DNA of 64,000 nucleotides from the NCBI GenBank assembly GCA_000934665.2, contig JYFJ02001928.1, forward strand, positions 1 to 64,000. The letters are read 5' to 3'. Shown here piece after piece: positions 52,601 through 64,000 of the stretch. The notes under the pieces are model-generated. The model searched no databases. It was not told the origin of the DNA and was given only the letters and a program-made list of their open reading frames with translations. Source of the stretch: Catajapyx aquilonaris (Eukaryota). A program made the translations under genes and the position numbers. How positions within the stretch are numbered: the stretch's first letter is position 1; every line of letters begins with the position of its first letter.

Positions 52601-53294
52601 TCCCCCCCATAAATGTAACTCTGCCTACTGATATAATAAGTAGTTTGCATTATTTTGTACAATTTTTTTACGAGCCATTCAGCACAATACTCTAACGTCA
52701 GGATCTGTTGGATCTTGTTGGTTTCCAGTTGTGCCAACTAGCAGGTTGTTGTCCAAAGCGTTGTTGTCAGTCAGTAAAGTTTGAGTAGGCACAATTTGTA
52801 CAACTGGAAACCGACATTACAATCAAATTACCTTATGTATCCTGACTTTAGAGTCACCCTGTATTGTGCCGAATGGCTCGTAAAAAATTGTACAAAATAT
52901 AATGCAAACTACTTATTATATCAAGATTATATCAGTAGCCTAAAGGGGGGAAACCATTAAGGGAAAAGCAGGTGGAACGTGGGTGGAACTGTGAGGTTTT
53001 GAACACAGATTCGCAACGTCCTATTACACATTCGGCCCCTTGATTAAGAAACGGAATTCCGAATAGTTATTGAGCAAAAAAATAAAAAAAATGTATTTTT
53101 AATGGTTTTGGATTTTTTTGCGGATTACTGAAGAGGAATGAAGTAAAAGTGTAAATGGTAGGAAATCAATTCACGACAGTGCGGATCTGTGTTCCAAATT
53201 TGGAAGCTCTTATTACCTGCAGCATAATCTGAGCTAGGGCGAATGAAAATAATAAACGCGTAACAACAAGAACAAGCTGAAAAAAATAAATCAT
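49654..53294 (-). CDS. Small secreted, probably GPI-anchored Cys-helical protein with poly-Pro linker (neuritin-like cysteine spacing)
   Basis: Exons 53217-53294 (MIYFFQLVLVVTRLLFSFALAQIMLQ), 51527-51698 (GAMSARKKTP(P)nKTGAPQPIICPEDVKKVVEATAGGTKNLTTADMCK, contains an N gap), 51238-51349 (YYPDYKKCLENNLSELPDDKTKKTYQESIEKKKAEIE), 49654-49737 (DKCAACMGPTFFTGLIILPLMVLIKNL*). Canonical donors gtaata/gtaagt/gtaagt and cag acceptors; phases 0/2/0; frame across the homopolymer gap needs a 1-nt adjustment. Confidence 0.75.
50317..50933. mobile_element. TIR element remnant containing a 116-bp hairpin
   Basis: Hairpin 50317-50432 (54-bp arms gacctcggggcagtccaaaaa...gatctgttgta); a further copy of the terminus tggactgccccta ends at 50933. 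Confidence 0.65.
51632..51671. other. Poly-G tract with assembly gap (N)
   Basis: G-run, 6 N, G-run; a similar G-run ending in N lies at 32209-32231. Confidence 0.9.
52599..52954. mobile_element. Foldback/MITE with long imperfect inverted arms
   Basis: ctactgatataataagtagtttgcattattttgtacaatttttttacgagccattcagcacaatac... mirrored by ...gtattgtgccgaatggctcgtaaaaaattgtacaaaatataatgcaaactacttattatatca; inner arms ggtttccagttgt / acaactggaaacc. Confidence 0.8.
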
Positions 53295-53782
53295 TGTTGA
53301 AATATTGCATATTCCGTCTCTCAAATAAAATGTTAACGTATGAAGAGCAGAACAATAGTTCGCTGAACCTCTATTTCTAGAAGATCAGTGACCTACGGTG
53401 TTGAAGTCACTAATAGTTGCTCCATCGGGGGGCGATCGGGGGTATAAATATAATTATTGGCCCAAGTAATGACGTCAGTCTTCATGACCCTTATTATTTT
53501 GATGACGGTGACATTGACATTTGCATTCTGATGAGTATTTCCGGCCTCCAACGTCGACGCAGATTTGAGAGGCTGCATCCAAGTATCGACTAGTAGTACT
53601 ATCGGTAATCTCATCAACTGTCATTATAAGTATCGACTGCGATTGCTACTTGGGCATCGTCCCATCCGCCATAATAATTATCAAGGACGACTCGTGGCCT
53701 TTTCAGGTGCGTGCGTCCCCTTTTCGAAGCCTCAGCGGGCCGCCCCTGGACTCTGCCCCTCGTTCCAACCCTAGAGTGAGCC

Positions 53783-56700
53783 ATGAGGAACCTGCACGTG
53801 CATCGCCTGCTGGAGGTGCCCGACCCTCGCCTGGCCCAGGGTGTCCAGGCCATGTGCGTGGACACGGACACCGGACGCGTCTACTTCGCAACTCAACAAG
53901 CCCTCGCCGCCATCGACACAAGAGGTGGAAAAACCTCTGTTCCAAGAAATACACAGCATAATTAATCATCATCGACGCCACCACCACCATCATATTATTA
54001 TTATAATATTTAAATGATATGCACATAATGCATTAATATTTACATACAAACATTCAATCACAGCATTTTCCCAAGATGGGGTTACCGCCATTAATCTGCT
54101 GTTAATATTAACATTTAAATAGTATGAGATATATTAACATTCAAATAGTACGTGATATATTAACATTTAAATAGTACATGATATATTAACATTTAAATAG
54201 TATGTAATAATTATATTAACATTCATTACACAATAATGTTATTATTATGAATATCATCATCCATCACAGAGTTTCCCCCACCAATATTAATATAACTCTA
54301 ATCAGTCTAATATAATTTTGGGAAAATGCCTTCATTGTGTGTGTTGTATAAATTAATTAATTATTTTTTGAAAATTATTATCATTGTCTACTTTAGGTGA
54401 AGGACCCCGCACTTTGGAGGTGCTGCATGAGTGGGAGTATTCAGCGGGACGTGTCGTTGGGATGGCTTACATGCTGGATCAGTACAGCTTGTGTCTGGCC
54501 TTCTCGGAGGGTGATGTTTGCCTGTACTGTACGAACACGGGGTCGGTGGAGACTGTGGGGGTGGTCGAAGCAGGCATAGAGGCCGTCCAGTGGAGTCCGG
54601 ATGAGGAGCTGATGGCTGTCATGTCCGGGAAGGGAAACCTGGTGCTAATGACCAGGGAGTTCGACGTGGTGGCGGAGGTTCAGGTGCATCAGAGCGGATT
54701 CGGAGAGTGTGTGCCTGTCGCAATCGGATGGGGGAAGAAGGAGACACAATTTCATGGGTCTGAGGGAAAAGGGGCTGCCAGGAAGGTCGGGGAAGCTGCG
54801 ACGAAAGTATGGCCATGGGATGACCTGAAGCCCAGGATCACTTGGAGGGGAGATGGACAGATGTTCGCTGTTGGAGCTGTTTGTCCGGAGATGAATTGCA
54901 GGAGGTATGCTTCCATTTTGTTGATATAATTTTAGTAGGAAATTCAATGATTGTTACTTTACAGGTTGCGTGTGTTCTCGCGTGAAGGCCACCTGATGTA
55001 CACTGGCGAGGACAGCTCTGGACTGGAGCAGCCCTTGGCTTGGAGGCCATCAGGTGCCATCGTGGCCACGTCTCAGCGCTTTCCAAACAAGCACGTCGTC
55101 GCCTTCTATGAAAAGAATGGTCTTAGACATGGCGAGTTCAAGTTGAGGTTTGAGCCGGAAGAAGCCACCGTGTCTGACATCAGCTGGAGTCCAGACTCGT
55201 CCGTCATGGCCCTTGTTTGCGTTGGGCTCGACAAAAAGTGGACCAAACTGCAGCTGTGGGCAGTGGGAAATTACTATTGGTACTTGAAGCAGGAGGTGGA
55301 GTTGGCAAGCGACGAGGTGCACCTGCAGTGGAGTGACACCACTCTTCACCTGTTGTGTCACCAGTACATGCAGTTTGGGTGGCACTGGCAGGTTGATCAC
55401 AGCAACACGGGCATAGTGGCCGTCATTGATGGGTCTACAGTTAAGGTGACGCCCTTTAACAAAACTGTAGTTCCGCCACCTGGATCCGCGTATGAGGTAC
55501 AGCTGGCCTGTGCAGTGTCTCAGGTTGTGTTTGCACCTGGGCTGCTGCGTGTTCCAGAACAGAGCGTTGAGGACTCTGGATTTGTTGAGAGTGTCGACCC
55601 GCCTGGAAATGACCCCAACAACATGGCTGTCATTACATGCGACGGACGTGTTACATTTTTCAGTATTGTAAACAACACGCATGTCACAATGGGGACGTAC
55701 GCAGTCGAGGGCGTCCATGGTCGGCTGTACAACTGGGCTTGGGTAATGCGGGACACTCTGGTCTGTTCATATTCAGCTGGGTTAGCCATCTTGGAAGCTG
55801 AGAATATCGGGACTGAAACTGGCCGCCTTTATGTGAAGTCACGAGTTGTGATGCCAAGATCCGTAACAGGTGTGAGTTGCCCATTTGAAGGTACCGTAGC
55901 AGTTCAGACAGACGGTGGAACTGTGCACTTGCACAACATGGTAGACTCATCCAGTAAGGATGTTGGATGCTCCGGGGAGTGTTGGACCAAGATGGAATTG
56001 GCCAAGGTCGGAAGCGAGACTGCCCTGTTTTGCCTGGGTTCCAGACAGAGGCTGTACGTCAATGGCACGGAGATTGTTAATGGCTGTAGCTCATTCGAAG
56101 TGAGCAACGGTTTTCTGGTGTTTGTGACCACCAAGAACAGGTTGCACTGCTGTCAACTAGAAGAAACATGTACAGGTACGTCATGCTTCAGCCACCATTG
56201 GCCAGAATCAATCTCATTTGTTTAACAGGCAAACTTCAGGAGGCATGTGCATCAAGTGAGGCTTCAAGACGCATAGAGCGTGGCTCTCACTTGGTGGTAG
56301 TCATCGACACCAGAGTTGTGCTGCAAATGCCCAGAGGCAACCTGGAAGTAGTTCAACCTCGGACTCTGGCACTCCATGGTATCAGCAATTTGCTTGATAG
56401 GTGAGTTTGGCCGCATAACCTTACATACTTTGTATAAGCCTAGAAATGCATCTGGTTCAGCTACAGTTTTTGTCATTTTCAGCGGTAAGCACCGTGATGC
56501 GTATGAAATAATGCGCAGGCAGAGGATCAACCTGAACCTCTTGTTTGATCATGATCCGTCCCAGTTTTTGCGGCAGACAGAAGAGATTGTGAAGAAGATT
56601 GATGAACCCACATGGCTCTCCCTGTTCCTATCCGACTTGAGGTAAGAAAGATTATTATTTTTATGGGTTTCATAGATAAATAACATTTGCATTTACAGTG

Positions 56701-58585
56701 AGTCGGACGTGACAGAGACTATGTACAGTGTTGAGTACAGCGGCAGACCTCGTCCGTCAAAGCCTCTTTGGAACAGCAAGATTGACCTAGTATGTGACGC
56801 TACACGACGCGCACTGGAGACGGTAAATCCAGACAAATACATGCTTCCCATCCTGACCTCGCATGTGAAGAAGGCAAAGCCAGAGCTTGATGCTGCCTTG
56901 CTGCGGATAAAGTCTCTGAAGGAATCGGCTGGTTACAGCACTACACCTGATGAGTGCTTGCTGTACCTCTCATTGTTGGTGGATGTCAACGAGCTGTATG
57001 ATGTTGCTCTTGGAACGTATGACTTTGATTTGGTTCTGATGGTGGCGCAGAGATCACAAAAGGATCCTAAAGAATACCTGCCATTTTTGAACTCTTTGAA
57101 ACAAATGGAACCTGAGTATTGCCGATACACTATTGATGTTCACATTCATCGGTATGACTCAGCATTGGTGCACATCAGTCGATGCAAGACCAAATTTGAC
57201 GAGTGTTTACAGTTGGTCAAGTCGTACAGGCTGTACGCTCAGGCAGTGAAGCTTTTTGAGCGTGGTACCGCAGAATACAATGCGATTTGTAAGGCGCATG
57301 GGGAACATCTGAGAAGTATTGGACGCCACTGTGATGCAGGACTGGCTTTTGAACGTGCTGGAGAACTGCAGGCCGCACTCGAGGCATACACTGCTGCAGC
57401 GGAATGGAGACAATGTTGCATCATTGCCGAGAAGCTTGGGTTGAGCCTTGCCAATTGCCAGCGAACGTATTTGCAACTTGCAGCAAAGTTGAAGTCTAAC
57501 GGGCGGTAAGATCTAGTCAGATATCACTCTGCATTTCTATGAAAGATCCTCAAGCACTTGTACTTATTTCTCGTTAGGAATATTGATGCAGCACGTCTAC
57601 AGGAGGAGTACCTTAAAGACGAGGAGGAGAGCATAGCTTGCCTGCTTGAGGGACAAGCTTGGGAGGAAGCCGTGAGGGTGGCGTCAAAGTATGGTCGACT
57701 TGACCTTCTGAAGACGCACGTGGACCCGCAGGTCATGGACAGGTATCACAGCGTCGCAGAAGGGCTGCAAGACATGAAGGAATCCTTCCTCAAATATGCT
57801 GACAGACTAATCGTTGTGAGGGAAGCTGCCGAGAAGGAGATGCTGGAGCTGGCAGGTAATGGATTAAAATCTCGTATGCTATTCACATTGCTGAGTGGTA
57901 TTACAAGTTAACCTTCAGGTTATTTTATATTTTCACAGAACAAAACGTAGAGCTTGTGGATGACATCTATTCCGACACAAGCAGCATTGCAGGATTATCT
58001 GATTTGAGTGGTGTTTCTCGCACAAACTCACGGGTGTCCAGGTGAGCCTGCTTGCCATTGTACGAATGCGTCCAGTTGATTAAGACTTTCCTCATCCCAA
58101 GCCGTACCTACCAGTCGAGCAAGAGCAAGCGCAAGAGAGAGCGCAAGAAGCTGAGCCTGAAGGAAGGCAGTCCGTACGAAGACTTAGCGCTAATGGCCGC
58201 CCTACACCAGCTGGTTGCAAAAGCGGATGGCATGAAGAACGACGTCGGCTTACTCTGTAGAGCCCTGGTACGAATCCAGAGAGAGGCAGAGGCAGAAAGC
58301 CTTCAAGGCGAAATGGAGTTGCTCCTGAAAGAGATGGTCAGCCGGAAAGAAGTGATTTGGTCCAGTCAGGAGACACAATTTGGACCTGAGCACACGACCA
58401 ATGCCATTGTCGACAAGATGAGGCAACGTAATCCTGAAGCTTCTCTTGATTTTGGTGAGTACGCAACATGTGATCTCCACTTGCAGCAATGACGAGTCAT
58501 TATCCGCCTTTTTGCAGATCCAGCGTACTTGAGGCCGCCAAAAATTCAGGATGATGTTGACTGGAAGTTAAGCATCTTCAGTTGA
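53783..58585 (+). CDS. ELP1: Elongator complex protein 1 (IKAP/IKI3 family)
   Basis: MRNL N-terminus, GWGKKETQFHGSEGK, ITWRGDGQMFAV, EKNGLRHGEF, LQMPRGNLE, ALGTYDFDLVLMVAQRSQKDPKEYLPFL, basic patch SKSKRKRERKKLSLKEGSPYED. Exons 53783-53924, 54397-54904, 54965-56175, 56229-56400, 56483-56641, 56699-57505, 57578-57855, 57939-58041, 58102-58454, 58518-58585. Confidence 0.97.
54105..54223. repeat. 26-bp minisatellite (about 4.5 copies) in ELP1 intron 1
   Basis: Unit atattaacatttaaatagtaYRtgat repeated in tandem. Confidence 0.85.
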
Positions 58586-60126
58586 TGGCATGCAAAAATT
58601 GAGCCATATATTACCACCAAATCCATTTATTGGAACAAGGGATTATTATTATCACAATACAAGTTTTACATTTAAAAAAAATTAATGGTTTTTTTTAATG
58701 GGGAGGAGGGGGGGTATTCAAATGCATTAGGAAACTGACCTACAGAGAAAATATCAGTGAACAGGTGACACTTATTGCACGTCTTTCACTCAATATGTAT
58801 CTGTCATTTTTATTTAGAAAATTCCAACCCATGTCCCCGACTCGGGGAAGTGCAGTCTATTAAATGCATAACTATCTCCGATAGACTTGGAAACCCAATA
58901 TGCGCATACATTCTCACAAACACACGTGACCAGATATGCAACGTCACATTACTGAGTTGTGTATGGAAAAAATTGGGGGTACTTAAAATCTCGACAGACT
59001 AAACAATTGGGGGCGGGGGCAGGGAAATACATGGGGTTGGAAGATGAGATAAATGCAACACGCTTGTGATGTGAATTCACATACGCACAATGACATGCAC
59101 ACGTTCATTTGATCCTCCCCCTTTGTTCGAGCAAAAGCACATAAAACTTCCGCATAGCTTGCTTTGCCTGGTCCGCTACTACCAGCCCTTTTTTGTATAC
59201 TATTAATCTCCCTTAAATATTCCGGGATGTCGTTTATATTCTTCTCTAATTCCCTGGTCCCACTGAGATTCACTGAAGGCGACTCCTGTTGAGATTCCCA
59301 CATTAAATCAAAAAGATCTGGGCAATTACAATGAGCAAGTTAAACTAAATAAACGCAAAATGCACTATCATTATAATATCAGGGACTATGTTAAATGCTT
59401 CAAGTCCTCTCGTAATGGAAGTCAGATCTATCGATGTTAGCCGCTACCCTGATAATAATTACAGAAATTACAAGTACGCAAATGTACATAGCATTTCTAC
59501 ATGCTGATATTATTACAAAACATCTGTGGTAACAAAAGTGGTCTGGCAAGAAATACAAATGAAGTAAATGCAGCGCAATAATGACAGAAATACTTGTAAA
59601 ATATTATGGGCGTCTGAAATGCCTCGCTGGAATGAAACCGGGAACTGCCTATAAACTTTTCAAGACACGAGACACCAACACTCACCTCAACCACAAGACC
59701 TTTGACACCAGACATTTATAAAACCAAAGTGCGCAAAAACCAGTCGCCAGTGCAGGAAAAATTCGCAGATTATTATTATTTTTTTACCCTGGGATCAAAT
59801 CACCAACGCCGTTCGCTTTGTATGTACACCACACACTCACTTGCACACATACACACACACACGTACATTCTGCCATATGTGCATCAGACTTGGGAGATAA
59901 GGATGGGGGTTTTTCTTCAGAAAAAAGTGATGACACAGATTAACTGGGGGGGTTACCGGTACTGTTATTATTTTTTTTGTGGAAAAGTGTCCTCTCTTGA
60001 GCAAAATGGGATGCCTCACTTTCGAAAGGTCAAATCCGACCTAACAAGGATTAAAATGAGATGGTGTTTCAAAAACAGGATATCCCATTTTGCAAACTTT
60101 AGCTGCTCTTGTCTTTTCCGTTAAGC

Positions 60127-62091
60127 TTAGATGTGAGTATTGATGTCTGAAGAGGTATCAGAGGAAGAGGAAGATGAAGGACTTGCGGTTCGTCTTTCTG
60201 GGCTTAAGGTGAGGCTTGAGCTGCTGGAGTCGGACCAGTCTAGAACCAGCTGGAGGGAAAAGCGCTGGACAGCCGCCTCTCGGGCACCACCCGACAGAAG
60301 AGCTCCCTCTCTAGATAAAGAGAAAAGCAAGCTCAACATCTCGTTGCGAACATGACAGCATGTGGCAGTTATTCCTGAACGCTTCCAACAAAGGCACAAC
60401 ACTTGACATTTTGCCAAATTCATATCAACAATGTTCTCTTTGCCTTGAGCCTTCAAGATGCTGCAAAAGAAAAGAGAGATCCATAAGATGTGAGGCCTAC
60501 CTACCTGTGCCTCCTGGCCTGACTGGGAAGAGTGAGGCTGGTTCTGTACCCATGTGCCACGCTTCCAGCTAGGCCCCCTGCCCTGCCCCCAGGTGGTCTG
60601 CGATGCAACGTCATTGTCTCGTGCGGAGTTATGTTGGGCTCGTCCAGGTAGCGGCTACCCCTAGCTGACTTGCAGTTCTCGCATTCTGAGCGGTAGTCAT
60701 CGTTGTCATCCACGCAACTGCAGTTGCTCTTGTTCAAGTCGTTCATGGCAGTTAGGTTGGTGGACGTCGATGGTAAAGGGGCAGGAGAACTGTTTGCGAG
60801 GACAGATGGAGGCGGCGGGATCTGAGTTGGCAGTGGGGGTGGCAGTGGGGTTGTGGAAAGAAGTGGCGAAGGAGCGGCTGCACCCTCGGGTGTAGTTGCG
60901 GCTGGGTCTGGAAGCAGTGATGAAGCTTCACCAGCCAAAGGAGCCGGGGCAGCATGAACCACTAGGAAACCATTTATTATTATTATCCTGCATCAAAAGA
61001 CCATTTGTTTGAATAGTTTGAACATCACATCGCACCTGCAGTGGCACCGGATGACTCCTCAATAAATGCCACAGTCGTCGTCGGTACTGCGGCTGGTTGG
61101 TTTGCAGCGGCACCCTCCACAGCCGCTGCCTCCTCCGTTCCTGCGGCACCCACCTCAGCCGCTGCCCCTTCAACACTAGCACATGCTGGTGCTGCCGCTT
61201 GAGCAGCTGCTGCTTCCGCCTGGGCCGCAGCCACAGCCTCTTCATAAGGCGGTGGAGCTTCCCCTCTAGGGAAATAGTTTTCTGGCGGTTTCCACCAGGA
61301 GTAATGCGAGGAGGGCTCATCATAAAGGAAGTCAACCCTTTCCTGCCCCTGCAAGCAAGTGACGCTCCCAGGCAGATATCCAATACTGCCTGTGATGTAC
61401 CCGACACTCCCTAAGCTCCGCTGATCCTCATGAAGCTGGCGGTTTTGACGCCCCCGAATGCGCCGCTGCCTCAGGCGATGGATCAGGAAAAACAGGAGTG
61501 ACAAGGACAGGATAGCGGTCACCCCACTGGCCACCAAGCGCAGACCCAAGTCCGCAGTACTGTCGCCGTTACCCCCATCCGAAGTAGGCGGTACAGGCAG
61601 GGTGTTGTCGAGGCAGATAAATTCGCAGCAGAAGTTTCCCATAATAAACGTCTTGCAATCCTACGCAAATGGAACAATTAGACTATGCCGCTTCGGTTTG
61701 AACATGAGGAATACCTGAGGCGGTGAGCAGAGGACAGCCTTGCAGAGCTTGGGGCCGCCATTGTCACAAACGCAGAGGGTGCAGGCGTCAGGCCCCGGGA
61801 CGTAGTGGATCCCATGTGGAATGCGACGGCCGTGAAGGTCCGTGCACTCACCAGTCGACACCGCTTCTGCAATGGAAAACGGCAAGGGTGCAATTATAGT
61901 GTACGTCGACGGACTGCGACCGGACTTCACTTGCGGCTTAACCCCTCTGAAAATGTTAAGTAAGTCCTCCATGGTGCTGCCCCGTGTAACGTACCAGCGA
62001 GGGCCATGAAGACGTGTCCTCCTCCTCCGAGAAGGGTCAGGCCTAGGCTGCAGCTGGCCAGGAGGGAGCTGCCACCAGCTCCAGCGCTCAT
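60127..62091 (-). CDS. DGCR2/IDD-like integral membrane protein (VWC domain, single TM, PPxY, C-terminal PDZ-type motif)
   Basis: VWC CTDLHG...PGPDACTLCVCDNGGPKLCKAVLCSPPQDC...CCEFIC; TM GLRLVASGVTAILSLSLLFFLIHRLRQRR; EAPPPYEEA; ends NTHI*. Exons 61995-62091, 61715-61866, 61036-61660, 60505-60961, 60127-60310; start exon less certain. Confidence 0.85.
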
Positions 62092-63153
62092 CCCCTGCCG
62101 CTGCTGGCCCTCCCTGATCCGGCCCTCCTCCACATCCGACCGAGGGGCCGCCCCTAGATCAGGCCCTGGGGCCAACCACACTTGGGATGACGAGGGAGGC
62201 CCCGAACAACAAGGCCGAATATCCCTTCATGACTGATTGATTATTAGCCAATTACTTGTTGTTGCCAGGTTCATGACGGGTGCCAGGTACGAGACTCATT
62301 TTTTAATTAGATAAAATGTGGGGGTAATTAGATGGGTGATTAGGCGTCTTGTTTGGTTTGTTTCAATTGTTCTAATTCAATTGTTGCGTTCGATTTTATT
62401 TGATGGATTTTAGTGATTCTGCGGATGTGGTTCTGGGATTGGCCGCACGTGTGCTGCGGCGCTGTTACGCACCTTCAATGAGCGCGTGATTCAAATAATG
62501 TTTTGTGTAATTGTATGTGCCTGTCAACAGATATGCATTGCGCACACATACCTGACTGGACAGCTTCCACACTTAACCAAGAAGCTAGAAAATAACTACC
62601 ATACACTCGCAGTACTGCACACATACACAGCCGACACACAATTTGGCATGACGGGGCAAGACTAATAAAAAGTCATGAAATGCACTTACAGCACAGTGTA
62701 TGTGCAATAAAAATGGGTAATATTTTGCATGTTCATTTTTTAATACCCTTACATGAAAATACAGTACTTGTACATGACTGGTTCATGTTGACCAGTCCCT
62801 ATTTGAAAATGTTGTCCCTGTTAACAATTCATAAATGCATACAAATATTGGTGGCGGGAACTACAGTATTTGACCATCATTTAAATGCCCTGCAGAGTAT
62901 TCATGTTTTTCTTCTTAGATGTCGGCTCCTATTCGCAATTTATTACGCTGGACAGTTCAGCGTATGTAACAATGAAATGGAAAGGGGGAAGAAGGCAGGG
63001 TTGTCATTTAAGGCAGTATCACTATACGTACAAATTGTTGCTCTGGCAGAGAAACGAGTTAAACATAACCAGAAAAAAAATGAGTTCATGGAAATGCCCT
63101 CACATTCACCAAGTACAAAATGAGTATTATTCCAAAAGCTCCATGAACGTGCT

Positions 63154-64000
63154 CTATGAAGAACTGTTCTGAGCTCTAAGTTCTTCTTTCAGCTTTTCTA
63201 CCTGGGCCTCTGCCCGGTGCTTGCTTTCCATAGTTGCTTTATGTCGCTTCCTCAGCATGTCAACAAGTGCTTTCTGCCTCGGGGTAAGATCGAGAAAAAT
63301 GTGTTTTGGATCTACGTTCTTCTTCTGTCGGCCCTTCCTTTGGACCAATGTTTTTCTGAGACGTTTGCATGGTTCACATCGCTTACTGCCGTCCACTATC
63401 AATGCGCACATCTTGTGCCTCCTGTTACCAAGGCTGTCCGTGAAAGATATAGCAGAGTCAATATCCTCAAGCTCTCCAGGCAGCAAATTCCCTTCACAAA
63501 CACTGACTTTGTCGAGTTGGTAAATTAATGTGTCCAACTGTTTATATGATTGGAGTGTGTCGCAAGGAATACCTAACTTTTCAGTGTCTAGGGGCATACC
63601 TAGAACACTGCATGTAATATTTCCCATTTCAGTGACCAGTAATTTCTTGTAGAAAGTAAGTCCAGGGTAACTAGCATCTCCTTTAGTGACAAACTGAGCA
63701 TAAAACACACTGCGAGGTCCCTTCACAGGAACAATGCGATTCCAAGAAAATGGGAGCTTAACTGCTTCGGCATTTTTGTAAAGTTGTATAAACAGAGGCG
63801 ACACCCTCCCAACAACCACTTCTTCATTGTTTGCACTGTCAGGTGGCACATCAGTTACGTCTTCAACAACTGAAACAGCATCTCTAATTTCATCTGCTGT
63901 ATATGCACGATCTGTCAATGGCAAGGCAAGAGCATTGTACTCATCTTCAATGACTTCAACTTCATACTTGAATGGTAGGTCCACAGGTGCATGGGCTGGC
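63154..64000 (-). CDS. Uncharacterised ORF, possibly N-terminal region of a THAP/P-element-type transposase; 5' end outside window
   Basis: 276+ aa uninterrupted ORF with C...RHxxC...CxxCxxLRxxL metal-binding-like motif followed by a basic coiled coil, as recalled from arthropod P-element-related proteins; no catalytic domain seen downstream. Confidence 0.45.
   Translation of the reverse strand, partial: PAHAPVDLPFKYEVEVIEDEYNALALPLTDRAYTADEIRDAVSVVEDVTDVPPDSANNEEVVVGRVSPLFIQLYKNAEAVKLPFSWNRIVPVKGPRSVFYAQFVTKGDASYPGLTFYKKLLVTEMGNITCSVLGMPLDTEKLGIPCDTLQSYKQLDTLIYQLDKVSVCEGNLLPGELEDIDSAISFTDSLGNRRHKMCALIVDGSKRCEPCKRLRKTLVQRKGRQKKNVDPKHIFLDLTPRQKALVDMLRKRHKATMESKHRAEAQVEKLKEELRAQNSSS

Noticed and set aside
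55050..55718. Long antisense ORFs (here and over DMXL, COG1 and DGCR2-like exons)
   Set aside because: Shadows of real coding exons on the opposite strand.

Overview
Eukaryotic (arthropod, probably insect) genomic DNA: gene-dense, with mostly short GT-AG introns. Seven conserved multi-exon genes are reconstructed by hand: DMXL/Rabconnectin-3 alpha (-, runs off the left edge), COG1 (-), RpS17 (-), DCAF12 (+), MAU2 (+), an SMPD3/SMPD5-type neutral sphingomyelinase (-) and ELP1 (+), plus a DGCR2/IDD-like VWC transmembrane gene (-). The most interesting observation is absent as a unit from the ORF track: a 4-exon minus-strand gene (49654-53294), head-to-head with ELP1, encoding a small signal-peptide / poly-Pro / Cys-helical / GPI-signal protein whose cysteine spacing resembles neuritin (CPG15). 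Also seen: a candidate 60-nt cassette exon in DMXL, a tRNA-derived SINE with TSD, several hairpin MITEs, a P-like MITE and a possible P-type excision footprint (both with 8-bp TSDs), a candidate intronic H/ACA snoRNA in RpS17, decayed exon-like fragments, and a transposase-like ORF at the right edge. All family assignments are from recall of protein families; no searches were run.
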